Numbered from the whole stretch's first letter, positions 38,901 to 52,772 are shown. The stretch is 52,772 nt of DNA, filler included, from Streblomastix strix (GCA_008636045.1; 2 parts of 2 records of this genome joined end to end with filler, not necessarily neighbours in it); one strand, 5' to 3'. The notes: generated by a model from the sequence alone, not told the origin. Program-made: numbers and translations.

Positions 38901-41900
38901 TCCAGTCCAGCCAATATATATCATGTTCCTTCCAATAACCTTACATCTTCTAAACTCACAACTGATTATATCAACTTTAATGCCATCACTCATTATGTTC
39001 AGAATTCCTCCTTTTGTTTCAGTATCAAGAACATTCACAAATGAAATACAACTTGAGAATATTGAATCGTGTATAATAAAGCTCTGAGAATCTGTATTAA
39101 TTTGGAGATTTTTAGTTTAATTCGATTGTTTTAAATCTTGAATTGATATCATTTTATTTTCATTCGTTGTAATTTCACTGAAATAACATCCATAAATTCC
39201 AGATTATCTCAATCCAAGCCATTCTATTCCTGCAGATGCTTACTCTGTTGACTTTCTCATTTATTCAGCTAATATAATTGATCCAGTTTTCAAGAAGATA
39301 TTCTCAATAATCACATCTTCTAAGTAAACAATGCCAGCAGAATGGAACAGATACTTCGGTTCAAATGTTGATGAAGGAGGTTAAGATACAACTAATCCAC
39401 TTACTCTCACTTCTGAAAGAATAAGTCCTGCATTTGATCCTTGAACATTCACAAATCCAGATTGAGGAGAATTATTAGATAATGTCAAATGTATTCATTC
39501 TATTATAATACTTTGATCTTCTTATCCTTAAATTAAAACATTCTCAATATTTTACTATGCACTAATTTCTGTTATTAAACTATTGCATCCAACAATATTA
39601 ATTGATGAAGCTTGACTAGAAGGCACAGTTATTTATGGAGTATTATAGATACCTTCACAGAATTGGATTACTTCTACTTTCAGACTATCATTTTAACGAA
39701 TATAAGATGAAATTTATTAGAATGATAAACATGGGTTTGTGGGAGTACCACATTTAATTATTGGTTAATATGTGTGATTTCCGTCAGCAATTCCAATAAA
39801 CCAAACACTATCATAGCTTTATTATCGGAAGCATGAGCTTTGAAGTGAATCTCTTTCATCAATAAATACTTCATTGTCATTTCCAATTGTGTAGCAAAAA
39901 CTCTTTTCCTGATCAATACTTGAATAAGCGCATGCATAACATCCCAGGAAAGAGTCTCGTCTAGCACGTTATGATGATTGTTTATACGCAATGAAGATAT
40001 TTGTTCCACCATTTAAAGCTGAATTCTAAGCAAAAACACATCTTCTGAATTGAATTGCAACATCAAATTATTTCATATCAATATAAATAGCTCCTCCTTA
40101 TGAATTATATTAGGTATCAGCAGTAAATCCTTAGAAGATAGCTCCATCTATATCTAAAGTTTATCCATAATTTGTTGGTATATAACGAATTGCACTACCA
40201 CTCCATGGTGCATTTGATTATATGAAGTTACAATCTTTTACCTCAAGTTTTGAATTTAAACCTCCATTCATCAGAATAATACTTCCTTTATTATATATAC
40301 TGATATTAGATATTATGCATTTCTCAAGCCTCAGTAACTTTGCATTCTCTTTCATCGTAATCAATCCTAATATTTTATTTTTCTTATTAATATCTGAATT
40401 TCTTTCATTTTCATTTTATATCATAATCACTTTTTCTACTTTTACATCAATTAATATAAGGGTACCTAGTATCACTTCAAATACTGCTTCACTTGTAATT
40501 CCAAATTCAGAATTGCATCCACTCACTCGAAGTCTACTTATTATACTAGTTCCAAATCCATTGCATTGAATAAGTGATGCTGAAGCTCCCCATAATTCAG
40601 CTCTCATCTCAGATGCATCTAATTGTGAGTCTTATAATGTAAACAGATGTTATGATTATTCTTTCTGCATAATCGAACTCAGACTTTCTCCTTCTCCTTT
40701 AAGATAAAGTTTTGTTCCTTCAAAAAAAAGAAATATAAAAATATTAAGAAAATAATAATAATAATAAATTTTAATATTGCAAACTTTACAATTAAATATT
40801 TCTTGTCGAAAATTGACCCTTTTTCAGATGAATAACAAAGTTATCATTGATTTCTGAATTAAATTGAGAGAAGAGATGTGAAATATCTTTTGTAGAACGT
40901 GAAGTGGGAAATATTATGAATTGTGGAATGTTTTTATCATTTATTTATTATTATTATTAATTTTTTAATTAATTTTCATATTTATCATATTTAAACAAAT
41001 CAGATTTTACTTTTTCTGAGTTAAATTACCCAGGACTCTTCGTTTATTCATATATATCCCATAGTGTTGCTGTACAATTGATGAATTGAATTCCTTTTCC
41101 TTTGACATACGGTTTAATTGCTCCATGAGTAACAATCAATCCTCCTCCATCCTTACCAATTCTCAATTCTCGATCCCAAAGTGGTTCAAATGGACTATTA
41201 ACATCAGCTATGTTTGATGGTGAGTTAATTTATGATAGTGAAGATAAGCAACTATCGAAGATGCTTGATTTAAAATCAATTTTAGCTCCAATTCTGTCCG
41301 TATGAACAATTACGCCTCCTGATTAAATCACTCTTATTCCTCTCCCTGAATTAACAATAAAACTCTTACATGTCTTAATTACACATGAATCAAGTGTAAT
41401 TATAGGTTTATTCATGGAATCTATTGCTGGATTAATATCTACACTAGTGTCTCCATTTTCCTTCAAATATTTGGCATATTTCTGTTTAGTTTGATATCTA
41501 CCTTCTGCTTTGTTTCCAGCAAGCCCAATATATACTCCACCAGAAAGTTCAATTTAGAAATTAGATTTCTTTAATTCATTATTTATTTATATTTGAGATT
41601 ATCGATCAAAAATTTATTCTTTTAAAGTAGATTGATTAGGATCATTTTACATATGGATATTTTCTTGATTTTAAGAATTAAATGAAGAATTAGAATTATT
41701 TGTAAATGTGATCGTTCCAATACAGTCAACAAATCTAAAGTGCTCAAGAACTAACTGAACATTATTAGCATATATTCCTAATACTCCTCCAATTCCAAGT
41801 TATTTCTATTCAGTGGTTTTTACTTGCATGTTTAACTCACAGCATTCAAATGTGCAATCCATGAAGTGAAGATGAAGATATATAGAGTTTGTATTCCTTA

Positions 41901-44900
41901 TTGTTAACACTGATCCGGCTCCATATGGAACTTGATTCAGTTGTTCACCAGGTGTTTCTCTTATATTCCATGCTGAGATTGTACTTTTAACATACTTGAA
42001 AAAGCAATTCTTAAATTAGAGATAGTTATACTTAGGGATCATTCCAGGTTCATAGTTAATTTCAATCAGTGATCCATTATTCAAATAGATTCTTTCATCT
42101 GGAAGATCAGGATTCGATACAACATTATCGAATATTATTTTTTCTCTAATAGAAAGATATGGTTCAGATTTGAATAAAACACTATAAACACCTTTAATTA
42201 GATTTGGCTCTTGACTAACCTTGCAGTTTAAAATGAGTACTTCAACTTCTCGACCTCTATTCAAATTAGATGGACTTGATTTCACTAATATCAAACTCTT
42301 ACCTTCCATTTATTCAGGGATAACAAAATCGAGTTATTCAAGAGTAAACTTCTGATCAACACCATTGACATCTGAAAATTAATTTTCTTCTTCTTACCAT
42401 TATGCCAAATCTGAGCAGATTATCTGTCCTTTATTACCAAATTGAACTTTTGAATGGTAACCAACTGATATTGAATCAACTTCATCGTGAGTAGCTCCAC
42501 GTAAGATTAACTCATTTGCTTCTGATGTTAACGGCTCTAATAATTTTATTTATCCTACAGCAACATATGTGTGAATTACTTTTGGAGTTTTATCAGTAAT
42601 ATTTTAAATTGTCTATGGTTTCCACTCTGGAGTTAATACTTTATCTCGTGCATATGAGAATGAAGAACAAGCTACTCCTAACTTTCCACACGATTCTTCA
42701 TCATTTCCAGTTTGCCCTAAGCTCGATATATAAAGTGTATCTGCAAAGTATGAGGAATATCTTTTAATCAGCTCATAGTCGACTTCAGGTTCACGAGATA
42801 GTTCAGTTTGTGTCCAATGTTCAGTACCATAGAAAGCATTATCCAGATCATACAAAGGAGAAAATAAGTCAAATAAGAGACGATGAGAAATGTCAAGAAA
42901 GTTGAAAGTGTTGCAATGAAAGAATATATCACGTCCACATTCACCTGCAGTATTTTCTTTGAACAGTGTAAGACTGCCTATGATGAAATTGAACGTTGTA
43001 TTGTTTGGGAGATTTAAATACATTGCACCTCCTCTTTCTGTACTGCTGCAATTGATGAACTAATTTGAACTAGTTAAAATGAATCTATTTGCATTATCAA
43101 TCTCTCCATACATTCCTCCTCCTTCAAAAGCACTACATCCTTTGTAAGTAACTTTATTCAATTCAAATGATGCATTGTTTGATATTTTCAAATAACTTCC
43201 TCCTCCTTATCCAGTTGGACCAGTGGTTGAACATGAATCAAATTATGTAAACCCTGAAATATTTAATTTACTATTAGCACCATCAATTATTGCATAGAAA
43301 CCTCCTCCTGATTATGAACTGTTACATCCTTAAAATAGACTTGAATTTGTTACTTATAATTAAGCTCCCGTTTTGATGTTACAATAAATCCCTCCTCCTT
43401 AAATACTACTACAGTTTTCAATCTTTGCTTTATTAATTTTAATAGATGAAAAGTTTGATGCTTCTATAAATCCAGCTCCACCTTATCCCTATAAACTATT
43501 GCATTCAAAGAAGTATGAATTATCTTCAATAAACAATTTACTATCAGGATCTTTAACCTAAGTATACAGTCCTCCACCAGAACCACTGGATGTTGTACAA
43601 CCAATGAATAAGTTTGAATTAGTTACAGTTAATGAAGATGAATTATCAAGGCTGGCGTATAATCCACCTCCATTTATACTGCTGCATGTTTTGAATAAAG
43701 CCTAATTCACTTCTACAGTTCCTTTGTCCTTTACTATAAAATATACAGCACCTCCTTTCCCATTAGTGCATGTGCATGTATCAAATTGAACATTCGATGA
43801 TATAATAAATTTGGAGAATGATTCAATATTTGCATTTATTCCTCCTCCTCCTGATGTAGATTATGTACTTGAACATGTTTTGAACAAGGATTCATTTGTG
43901 ATCGTAAATGTTGATCCAGTAAGAAGTGAGATTTAAATAGCACCACCATCAAAAGCATTGCAGTTGTCAAATTGTACCCTGTTAATTATAATTGATGTAT
44001 TTAATTATGATTCTATATAAGCAGCTCCTCCAAACCCAATTACACTTTAGCATGTATCAAATATTGATTAGTCTTATATAATTATCTTACTGTCAATATC
44101 TTTAATTGTTGCATATATTCCTCCACCGTTTCCTGTGGAAGCTTCACAATCTTTGAAAAAACTTTAGTTTGTTATTATCAAAGAAGCAGATTTTTATATG
44201 GAAGTGAAAATAGCACCACCTGAAGTACTACTGCATTTTTAGAATGTTACTTTATTCATATCAACAATGCCTCTGTCTTTTGCAATTAAATAAGCTCCAC
44301 CACCTTATTCATAACTTGTGCATTAATCAAACAATGCCCCATTATGTATACGTAATTTGCAATTATCTCCAATATCTGCATATATTCCTCCTCCAAGGCC
44401 TTCATTTCCTGTTGCCACACAGTTTTTGAATTAGTTTGAGTTTATAATTGACAATTATGCTCCACTTTCAAGTAGTGCAAATATACCAGCTCCTTTTGGA
44501 CTGATGCAATTCTGGATTAAAGTTCCGATTAATTCAACAGACCCTCTTCCTTATATCAAGAATGATATTCCACCGCCAAAAAATGAACTGTTACAATTCT
44601 CAAACTTTATCTAATCAGATAATACTAATCTACTGTCAATATCTTTAATTATAGCATACATTCCTCCACCAGAACTTGTAGTACTTTAGCTAGCGCAATT
44701 GGTGAAAGAAGTTTCATTGCTAATCGAAAGAAATGCTGATTAAATAATTTCAATATATAGTCCACTTCCTTCTAATTTGGCTTTGCATCCTGTAACAATC
44801 AATTTGTTTATTTCATTTATTTTACATTGTTCTGCTGAAATATAGATTCCACCACCTTGTTTCTCACTCTCACAACCATCAAATGTAACTCCATCTGTTA

Positions 44901-47900
44901 TTTGTATCTCACTTGTTGTTGTTTTCACAATGGCATATAATCCACCACCAGAACCAGATATTGATTTGCACTATGTGAATGTTGTTCCATTTGTGATTCT
45001 AAATGAGCCTCCATTAGTTATATATGCATAAATTCCTCCTCCTTCTTTTGTGCTTGTACATCTATCCAATGAAGCTTTGTTTATTTCAATCAATTAGCTC
45101 ATTTCAGCTTTGATGTAAATCGCACCACCTTTAAATGTGCTTTCACATTGATCAAATTTCACAGTGCCAATAATTCTGAATTTACTCGAAGCGTGTGATA
45201 CATTTGCATATACAGCTCCTCCTCCAAGATCTTCATCAGCTTCTGTATCTCCTGATGTTTTACATGTTGAGAAGTTAGTCAATCCTTCAACAGTTAAAGA
45301 TCCTCCGTTGACAAGTAAAGAACTTATTGCTCCTCCTCTTTGAATTGCTTCACAATTATCAAATAAAACAGTGTTTATGTTGATTATCTTAGATTAATTT
45401 GCATTTATATATATTCCACCTCCTTATCCTGAAGTTTTACATTGATCAAACGTAGAGCTTCCAGATATATATAATGAAGAAGCTGGTTCAGTCAATATAG
45501 CTCTGATTCCACCTCCATTTGATGATGTACTCGTACATTCAATGAAATTAACTGCATCTGTTATGTTCAATATAGCACCAGATTGTAATCTAGTATTCAA
45601 TCCTCCTCCTCCTTCACTTGAACAGGAAATAAATGAAACTGATTTGATATTGATCAAAGCATCAAGGCTTCCATTTATATTAAATGCTCCACCAAGATCT
45701 TTACAAGTACAGGATGTGAATGATGATGAATCATTAATTAGAAACTTACTGTTTCCATCTTTAATGATTATATTAATGCCTCCTCCTTCTTGATATTTAC
45801 CAGATCCTACACATGAACATGAAGTGAATGTTGTTGTATTCATAATCGTAAGAACACCACCACTCGAAACTGTACCAAAAAGACCACCTCCAAATTATTG
45901 TGCTTTGCAATTGTTAAAAATCACGTTATTTAATTCACAAGAAGAGTATTCATTAATATTTAAATATAATCCACCTCCTGATTAACTATTATCAGTGCAA
46001 CTTTCGAATTTTGAATTATTAGAAAACTTTACTGAACTTGACTAATCTAATCTTGCAAACATTCCTCCTCCATTTAATCCAGAACATTATGTGAATTACA
46101 CACTATTTATATCAACTCCTACTCCTAAAGTATATAACTAAATGATGCTTCCATAAGCTATATCTGTAGTGCCTGATCTTATGCATTCTGTGAAAGTTAA
46201 ATTTGATAGTCTAATTCCTAAACAAGATATATTAACTTCTCCAAATATTACAGCACCATTTGATGTAACAGATGATATTCCTGTAAAGGTCGATGAAGAT
46301 ATATTCACATATCCTGTACCATAATTCAATTTAATAAAATTGCATTCTGACATCTTCACATTATTAACATTTATTTATTCAATATTAACAGATCCTCCAT
46401 TTATCTCAATAAGTCCATGCGTTGCTGTTTATTCACTACTATCTGTGGTATATGTGCATTATTTAATCTCTAGGCTTTTTGAATTGTATTACATTAATAT
46501 CATATATTTTGTAGTACTTGCAATTCCTTGATCTACTATAGAACAATTACTTACTGAAAATGTTCCATTTGAAAAGCAGTATTATCCATTTCCTCTAACA
46601 TACATTTAAATTTAATAAGTTCCTGTTGATTCATCTTAATAATCTAATTAGTTACTGATAGATACTTTCCTTCCATTAGCATCTATTTATGTTATAGTAT
46701 TTAAAATATATCCTTAAACAATACCAATCTTTACTTCGGAGTTGATTTCTGGATGTTGAGCTATACTTCTGATGACAGCTTTGCCAAATGTTGCACAAGG
46801 AAATCTAACCCATCCGCAATAATCATTATCATTACCTTTTCCATCTAAATAATTCCATGAAGTTGTATTAAGATTGTTTATATGATAGATTCCATTTATT
46901 ACATTATTAACTGTGTACTGTAGAGGAATTGTTAACCATTTATAAGTACTTTCTATTCCCATCATATATATTTCGTTAATCTGTGGATTTAAATCAATAA
47001 TTCCGTATTTGGTTCCAACATCACTCCTCCTCATTACTTCAGCAAGATTATCAGTTTCAATGAATAGCCCTTTTCCAATGTATGGAGAACCAGATGTTCT
47101 AAAAATAGCACCTCTTAAGTCAAATTAATGGTACTCACCTTCAGGAATAAATATATAAACAGCTCCTATATCATATTCCATTGGCTACGATTCCTAAATA
47201 AATGAATACTTCGATTTACAGTTTATAAATGTAGAATTTGAATAAATTGTTATTCCTCCAAAATATCTATTTAAATAGCATTCTATCACTGCTCCGCTTC
47301 CTTTAAGTCTATTTATACCCTCAAAGAAGGAATTATTAATATATACCATTCCAGAAGTATTACATATATATATTAAGGGATCCTTTGTCATATTAATTGG
47401 ATTGACTGTTAATGTATCAATGTTGAGTGTTCCTTAATTCATACATCTAACAAGACCTCTATCTATATTGGCTGAAGTAATATCTCCAAAAGCGCAATTA
47501 GCCAAATCAAGTTTAGCATAATCGCCTTCTAATATTATAATATAATTGCTGTTGAGATAATTATCATTCACTCTGAATGTAATAGTTTTAAATATTGTCC
47601 ATCCTTTATAGATATAGAAAATTGCATCTTATGTCATGTTAATTGAGAATTAATTATCACTTCCAATTGGATAACTGATAAATAGACGCTGTTATGATGA
47701 TGTTGTATTAATACATACAATTAGATATTGAATGAAACTACCCTTTAAAAAGACTAAATGACCAGCTGATTCATTGATTTTGCTATGTGCATAGTTGGTA
47801 GAATTTAGTGTTTTGCATGGAAAGTTAAATCCACAATCTGGAAGTGGAAGTGAAGAATTACCATCTATGTAATAATAATTACTCCCTTGATCATATGCTG

Positions 47901-49392
47901 TTGAAAGTTCTTAATCAACGCATTTGTCATAACTCCACTATTCAAATTGTTCTATGTGTGTTGGGTAGCGATTACCAGATTAACGATTGGAGCATGTATC
48001 AGAACTAATACAATTCCAATATGAGGTACTTGTCAAATCAATATATGATAAAGCAGGATTTGTGCAGTTGTTAACTTAACAAACAGGAAACAAATTTTCA
48101 TTTTTCAGATCTAAAGGAATTTTATCATCTTGGCACTTGCTTATGCAGACTGCAGATGAATCATCTTTACGGAATATAAACTTGCTTTCAGGGCATCTCT
48201 CAACACATTTAATTATTCCATTTCCATAATCAGCATGAATTTTCCCATCGGGACATTCATTAATACAGCTTTATGTTTTGGTAATAAAATCTACATTGAA
48301 ATATGGTTATGATCCTGAACATTTATTTCTACATACTGGAATATCAGTTCCAACATCAACGTGTATTTGTTCTCCAGAACACTTTTAAATGCAAATAAGA
48401 TCTCCAGAATCCATCTCAAATCTTTCAAATATTTATGTTTCACATGATTCTCTTAGAACACAACTGAATATCTTTGTATTTTCATCATATTTATTGGTTT
48501 CTCCAATGTTACATTATTCGATGCATATATAAGTTTTGTCTTCTAAAGCAATTTATTATTAATTCATTGGACAAGAATTAACGCATATAACTGTTCCATT
48601 ATCAAATCTTCTGGGTATTTTATTTCCTGTGCAATTTTCTACACATTCAATCTGGTTGTTCCTATTAATATTAATGAATTGACCTGAAGTACAATATGGA
48701 TTAGGAGAAACAGGATTAGTATAGCACATTGGTTGCGCTTAGCCAATATTAATAAGAAAGTGATCTGAAGGGCATGGATCAACACAAACTTTGGTAATGT
48801 CATCAAATGTATAAGTAGTTTATGGTAACATACACTCTGCAACAGTAATACATTAATAACCAGAAGAAGAAGATTATTTTAATTAAAGAACTGGAGTTGG
48901 ATCTTAGCAATTATTAACAACACATTCAATAGTTCCATCATCAAACTCTAAAGCTTTTTCAAACCCTGTGCAATGTGTTTAACATACATATGATCCATCG
49001 CGACGTCTAAATCTAAATTGACCATAAGGACAGGAATCTACACATTTCATTAATCCAGATGGTAATGTTGTGTATGTTTTCAATTCAGAACAATGAATAA
49101 CACAGGAAACCGTTGAATGATCTTCACTCACATCAAAATACTCATCATTGTCACATTTATCTACACATCCATATTAACGATTATCTAAATCTACAACAAC
49201 TTATGGAGATATACAAAAAGTATCAGGAATACAAATAGTTTCTCCATCATCGTATGCAAATGTTTTTTAGCCAATTGGGCAAGTTTCAATATCTTCTTCT
49301 TGAGCAGTAGTGAAAATTATCAAAAAAGAACTGCATGATAAGAATATAAGAACTCTTGGAAGGTAATTATAGGTTGAGCCCTTACTATTCAT
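35961..49392 (-). CDS. Giant type I membrane protein, ~4454 aa: signal peptide, Cys-rich repeats, beta-helix modules, TM helix, cytoplasmic tail; paralog of 14226-26342
   Basis: ATG 49392 (MNSKGSTYNYLPRVLIFLSCSSFLIIFTTAQEE). Exon to 40785, 67 nt intron 40784-40718 at the same position as in the paralog, exon to TGA 35961; total 13365 nt. TM helix at ~37265-37340. Confidence 0.9.
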
Positions 49393-52283
49393 AATTTGTT
49401 GTTTCTTAGATCTGGTGAGAAGATGATAAAAGATTTATTGAGATAGTACATGAAGAATAATTAGAGTGAATATCAACTAACACATTACAATTAACTCATT
49501 TTAATTATATAAATTTTATGCAAGGGATGAAATAAAGCTTCTTTGAAGTACGTTCAGTTATAATGCAGTATAGTTTTTGATAGGAATAATAATTGATTGT
49601 TGTGAATTTCGCTTCTTTTCTGTTATCATTAGCCTGTTGCTTATTTATGATCTCAAAATTTTACCTTATGCTTGACTTATTCCAAAGTAATTATTTGTGT
49701 AGTCATCCTGAATTAATGCAATATTTTGCAAAAAGCGAAACTTTTTAACTTCAAACTGATATTGGTGAGTTGTTTCTGGCAAATGATTATAGTTCATATT
49801 TTATGTATATTAATTAATATCGTTTAATTAGTCACTTTTCAAAGATATAAAGTGTTCCAATCTATCAGTTCTAAAAATGTTTGTAACGCAAAATTTCTCG
49901 GAAATTTTCTATGTACCGATTCAATAATTCGTATAAATAATTTATTAATTTGTGTGAATATTCTCATAGTCGTCGTGGACAGTCACTGAACAAGATTCAA
50001 AAATGTTGTATGTAGAGTTAGAATCACAATTGCTTTATTCGTCCTAGGTGATCTTAAAGTACTGCAGTATGAATTATTTATATTCTAAATTTTTCATAGC
50101 AAATAATACAAGCATCCAAGCAACTACTAGACTTATATGCATGTTGTTATCAGCTTTTCAATTTTATTACCATTCTTCGGATAAATTGATTTACTTTGAA
50201 TTTAATGATACAATTTTATTATAATTTTTTAATTACATTTTAATATAGTTAATATTTAAAAAAAATCTTGAATTTCATCCGTTTATACTTATTATAACAA
50301 AAATGGAATAATGAAGTTTTTTCGAGTAATTCACTATTTATTATGACTAATAGTGGTGATGAAAGCAGTAATCGAGATAATGTTAGGTCTTTAGTGAATT
50401 ATTATAAATTTATTTGAGTTATTCACTCAAAATTTCCTAAATTGTATCAACTAGCGTTCCATAATGGAAAATATTTATGTCAATCGTACCAAATTCTCTG
50501 AAAAGAACAACAAAAATACAGGAAAACCAAGTTCATGTATTCATTTATAGAAATGTAACAAAAATGATAACTAAGAAATTAAGCCTGCAACCTTAATCAA
50601 TATAAGTTTCACTTAAATCTTAACGAATTGACAAATTCTATCCATAATGATTGGAAATTTTAGTTATATAGAAGTTTTTGATATTAAGGAAAGAGGAACA
50701 CCAACAAAATTGATAAAATAAATGCAAAAATTACGCCAATCAATAAAAAAAATTTAATTTACGGTTAGATGAATTTGAATCTATTAATTATTAATTTTGA
50801 ATTAATAATTATTATTTTAATATTTTTATTTAACTATATTCCAAAAATTAGATACCTTTGGTAATTATTCATAAGTTGTGTTTGTATAGTTGATTTAGAT
50901 AATACAGATTGTACTCATGTTGAAGGAAGTTGCAAATTCGAAGTTTGTTATAATATTTTGAATTTATCTTATTTAATTATTATTATTATTTTCATTATTG
51001 ACATTATTTCATTTTTTTAATATAATTTGGTTTTCTATGAAGACGTATTTTGTTAAACATCAATTGTAATTGTCTTACCGATTTAAACTTTAAAATTAAT
51101 TTTAAAGAGTTTTTTTTAATATTATTCATGTGATTTATAGAAGAAGGACATCAGGAAAAGTATCTTTCTTATTGTCATCAATGTGAGTTTACTACAACAT
51201 TATAAAGAAATAAATTTAATTCAGAATCAAAGCTCAATTTTTTAAATATATTTACACTTTCATACATGCTCGCACCAAATATTTTTTCTCACACACTATA
51301 TTTTACGAAGCATGAAGCGATGAATTTATAAAAATTGCATCTTGATAATACTTCAGAACAAAATCTAAAAACGATAGACAGAAATGGATTTTCAGATTTA
51401 ATAAAATATAAATAATGAAACACAACAAAACATTATTTCATTCTAATTTATTCCAATCTTTTATAATAATATTTAAAATAATTTCAGAAATAATTTTCTT
51501 AAATATAAAAATTTATTTTTGCATATCTCGAAAAAAGACTGAAAAACATAATTCAGATTTTTTTTTTATTAACCTAGTTGAATTAATCATAAGTTTATAT
51601 TTATATTTATTTTTAATTTTTTCATTTTTTTCGGTTATTTTGATTGAATTTATTGGTTTTATATTTATTATTTTTATATATTTTTATTTATAGTTATTTA
51701 ATAAAAAAAATTCTTAAATTTATAGTTTTGTGCTGTAAAAAAACATTTTTTATTTTTTTGCCAATTGTGCATATTGCTTAAAGCATAAAATAAAATTAAT
51801 GATAGAATCAATAATAAAATAAAATTTATTTCACTAAATTACCAAAAATGAAGTATTTGAATAAATGAATAATAAGCATAAATCACATTCTTGCGGTTTT
51901 AAAATCAAGATTATATTTTTCACAGTTATTTCAAGAAGTGCAAATTTGACTTATTTACATTTAAGACAAATGTTTCTATAATTATTTTAATGTTTTTTTT
52001 AAAAAATAAACAATACTTATTGGTTCTGAGCGAAACCTCCAATATACACAACTAAATAAGAACGTATATTACATCAAACGCAAATAAACTGTTAAAATCA
52101 ATAAGAAATAGTAATTTTTATCATTTAATATCGATTAGAAATAGTAATTTTTGTCATTGAATGAAAATTCAAATCCTTTAACTGTGTCTTCACCATCTGC
52201 ATAATAAATAATTACACCAACATCCATTATAAAATAAAATGTTACTTATAAATATTCTAATATTTTAACAAACTAAATAAAAA

Positions 52284-52772
52284 TTACTCCATAAAAGTAA
52301 GAATTATAATGCATTGCGAAAACATTCCAATAATATTGAGACTTAAATTCGTTATAAACTCCATTCTAATAATCTTCGACATCAAGTCCTTAGCAATTCC
52401 AACAATCTTCAAAAACTGAACAATTGAAGCCATTCATATCTTCCTTCAAATTTGAATAAATATTATCACCTCGGTAAATTCAATAATCTTGAATAATCTA
52501 ATCTAGATAATAATCACAATTATCTTCTGATTTATATTCAAAAACTACATCGTCATTATTTTTATAATCATCATCATCATCTTCATCTTCTTTTTCATCA
52601 TCGTCATCATTATAATTTGAATATAAGAATTTTTTCTAACAATTAAAAAAACTCTATTATAAAACTTCCTATAAACCATCACTAGTCATTTGATTTAAAA
52701 ACACTTAGAATAATTGTTACGCTTCCTGAATATATTAGTTGTAAAAGAATTATAATAAATTATGACGACTAT
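52284..52772 (+). pseudogene. Possible degraded leucine-rich-repeat gene fragment
   Basis: LRR-like pieces (SNNLQKLN, LPSNL, GKFNNLEQSNLDNN, LKTLRIIVTLPEYI) with an in-frame TGA and poor register. Confidence 0.25.

Noticed and set aside
14226..49392. Tandem duplication or cluster of the two giant genes
   Set aside because: They lie on opposite sides of an artificial linker, so physical linkage is unsupported.
49393..52280. Possible genes in the right-hand AT-rich region, including ORF 51415-51693
   Set aside because: Low-complexity F/I/L/N translations with scattered TGA stops and no motif or consistent exon structure.

Overview
Very AT-rich eukaryotic DNA with spliceosomal GT-AG introns, translated with TAA/TAG = Gln and TGA as the only stop (NCBI table 6). 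The supplied ORF track therefore breaks real genes into fragments. The code, intron density and giant GGA(I/L)Y/Cys-rich surface proteins best fit an oxymonad such as Streblomastix strix; this is inference, and a ciliate is the main alternative. The window is two ~26.3 kb pieces joined by an artificial N44-TTAATTAATTAA-N44 linker. Left piece: UCH37/BAP1-type deubiquitinase, a small Mn-motif-like protein, a ~1 kb G-rich element bounded by inverted repeats, a HECT E3 ligase, NUFIP1/Rsa1, CDC23/APC8 and a 5'-truncated ~4000 aa type I membrane beta-helix protein. Right piece: AMPK gamma subunit, a ~1800 aa NEK kinase and a complete ~4450 aa paralog of the giant membrane protein. The most interesting items are the giant receptor/adhesin-like family, its conserved unnamed cytoplasmic module, near-identical patches between the two paralogs, and the G-quadruplex/TIR element. 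Gene models were built by hand: reading frames were checked across introns, but not every codon of the long exons was read.
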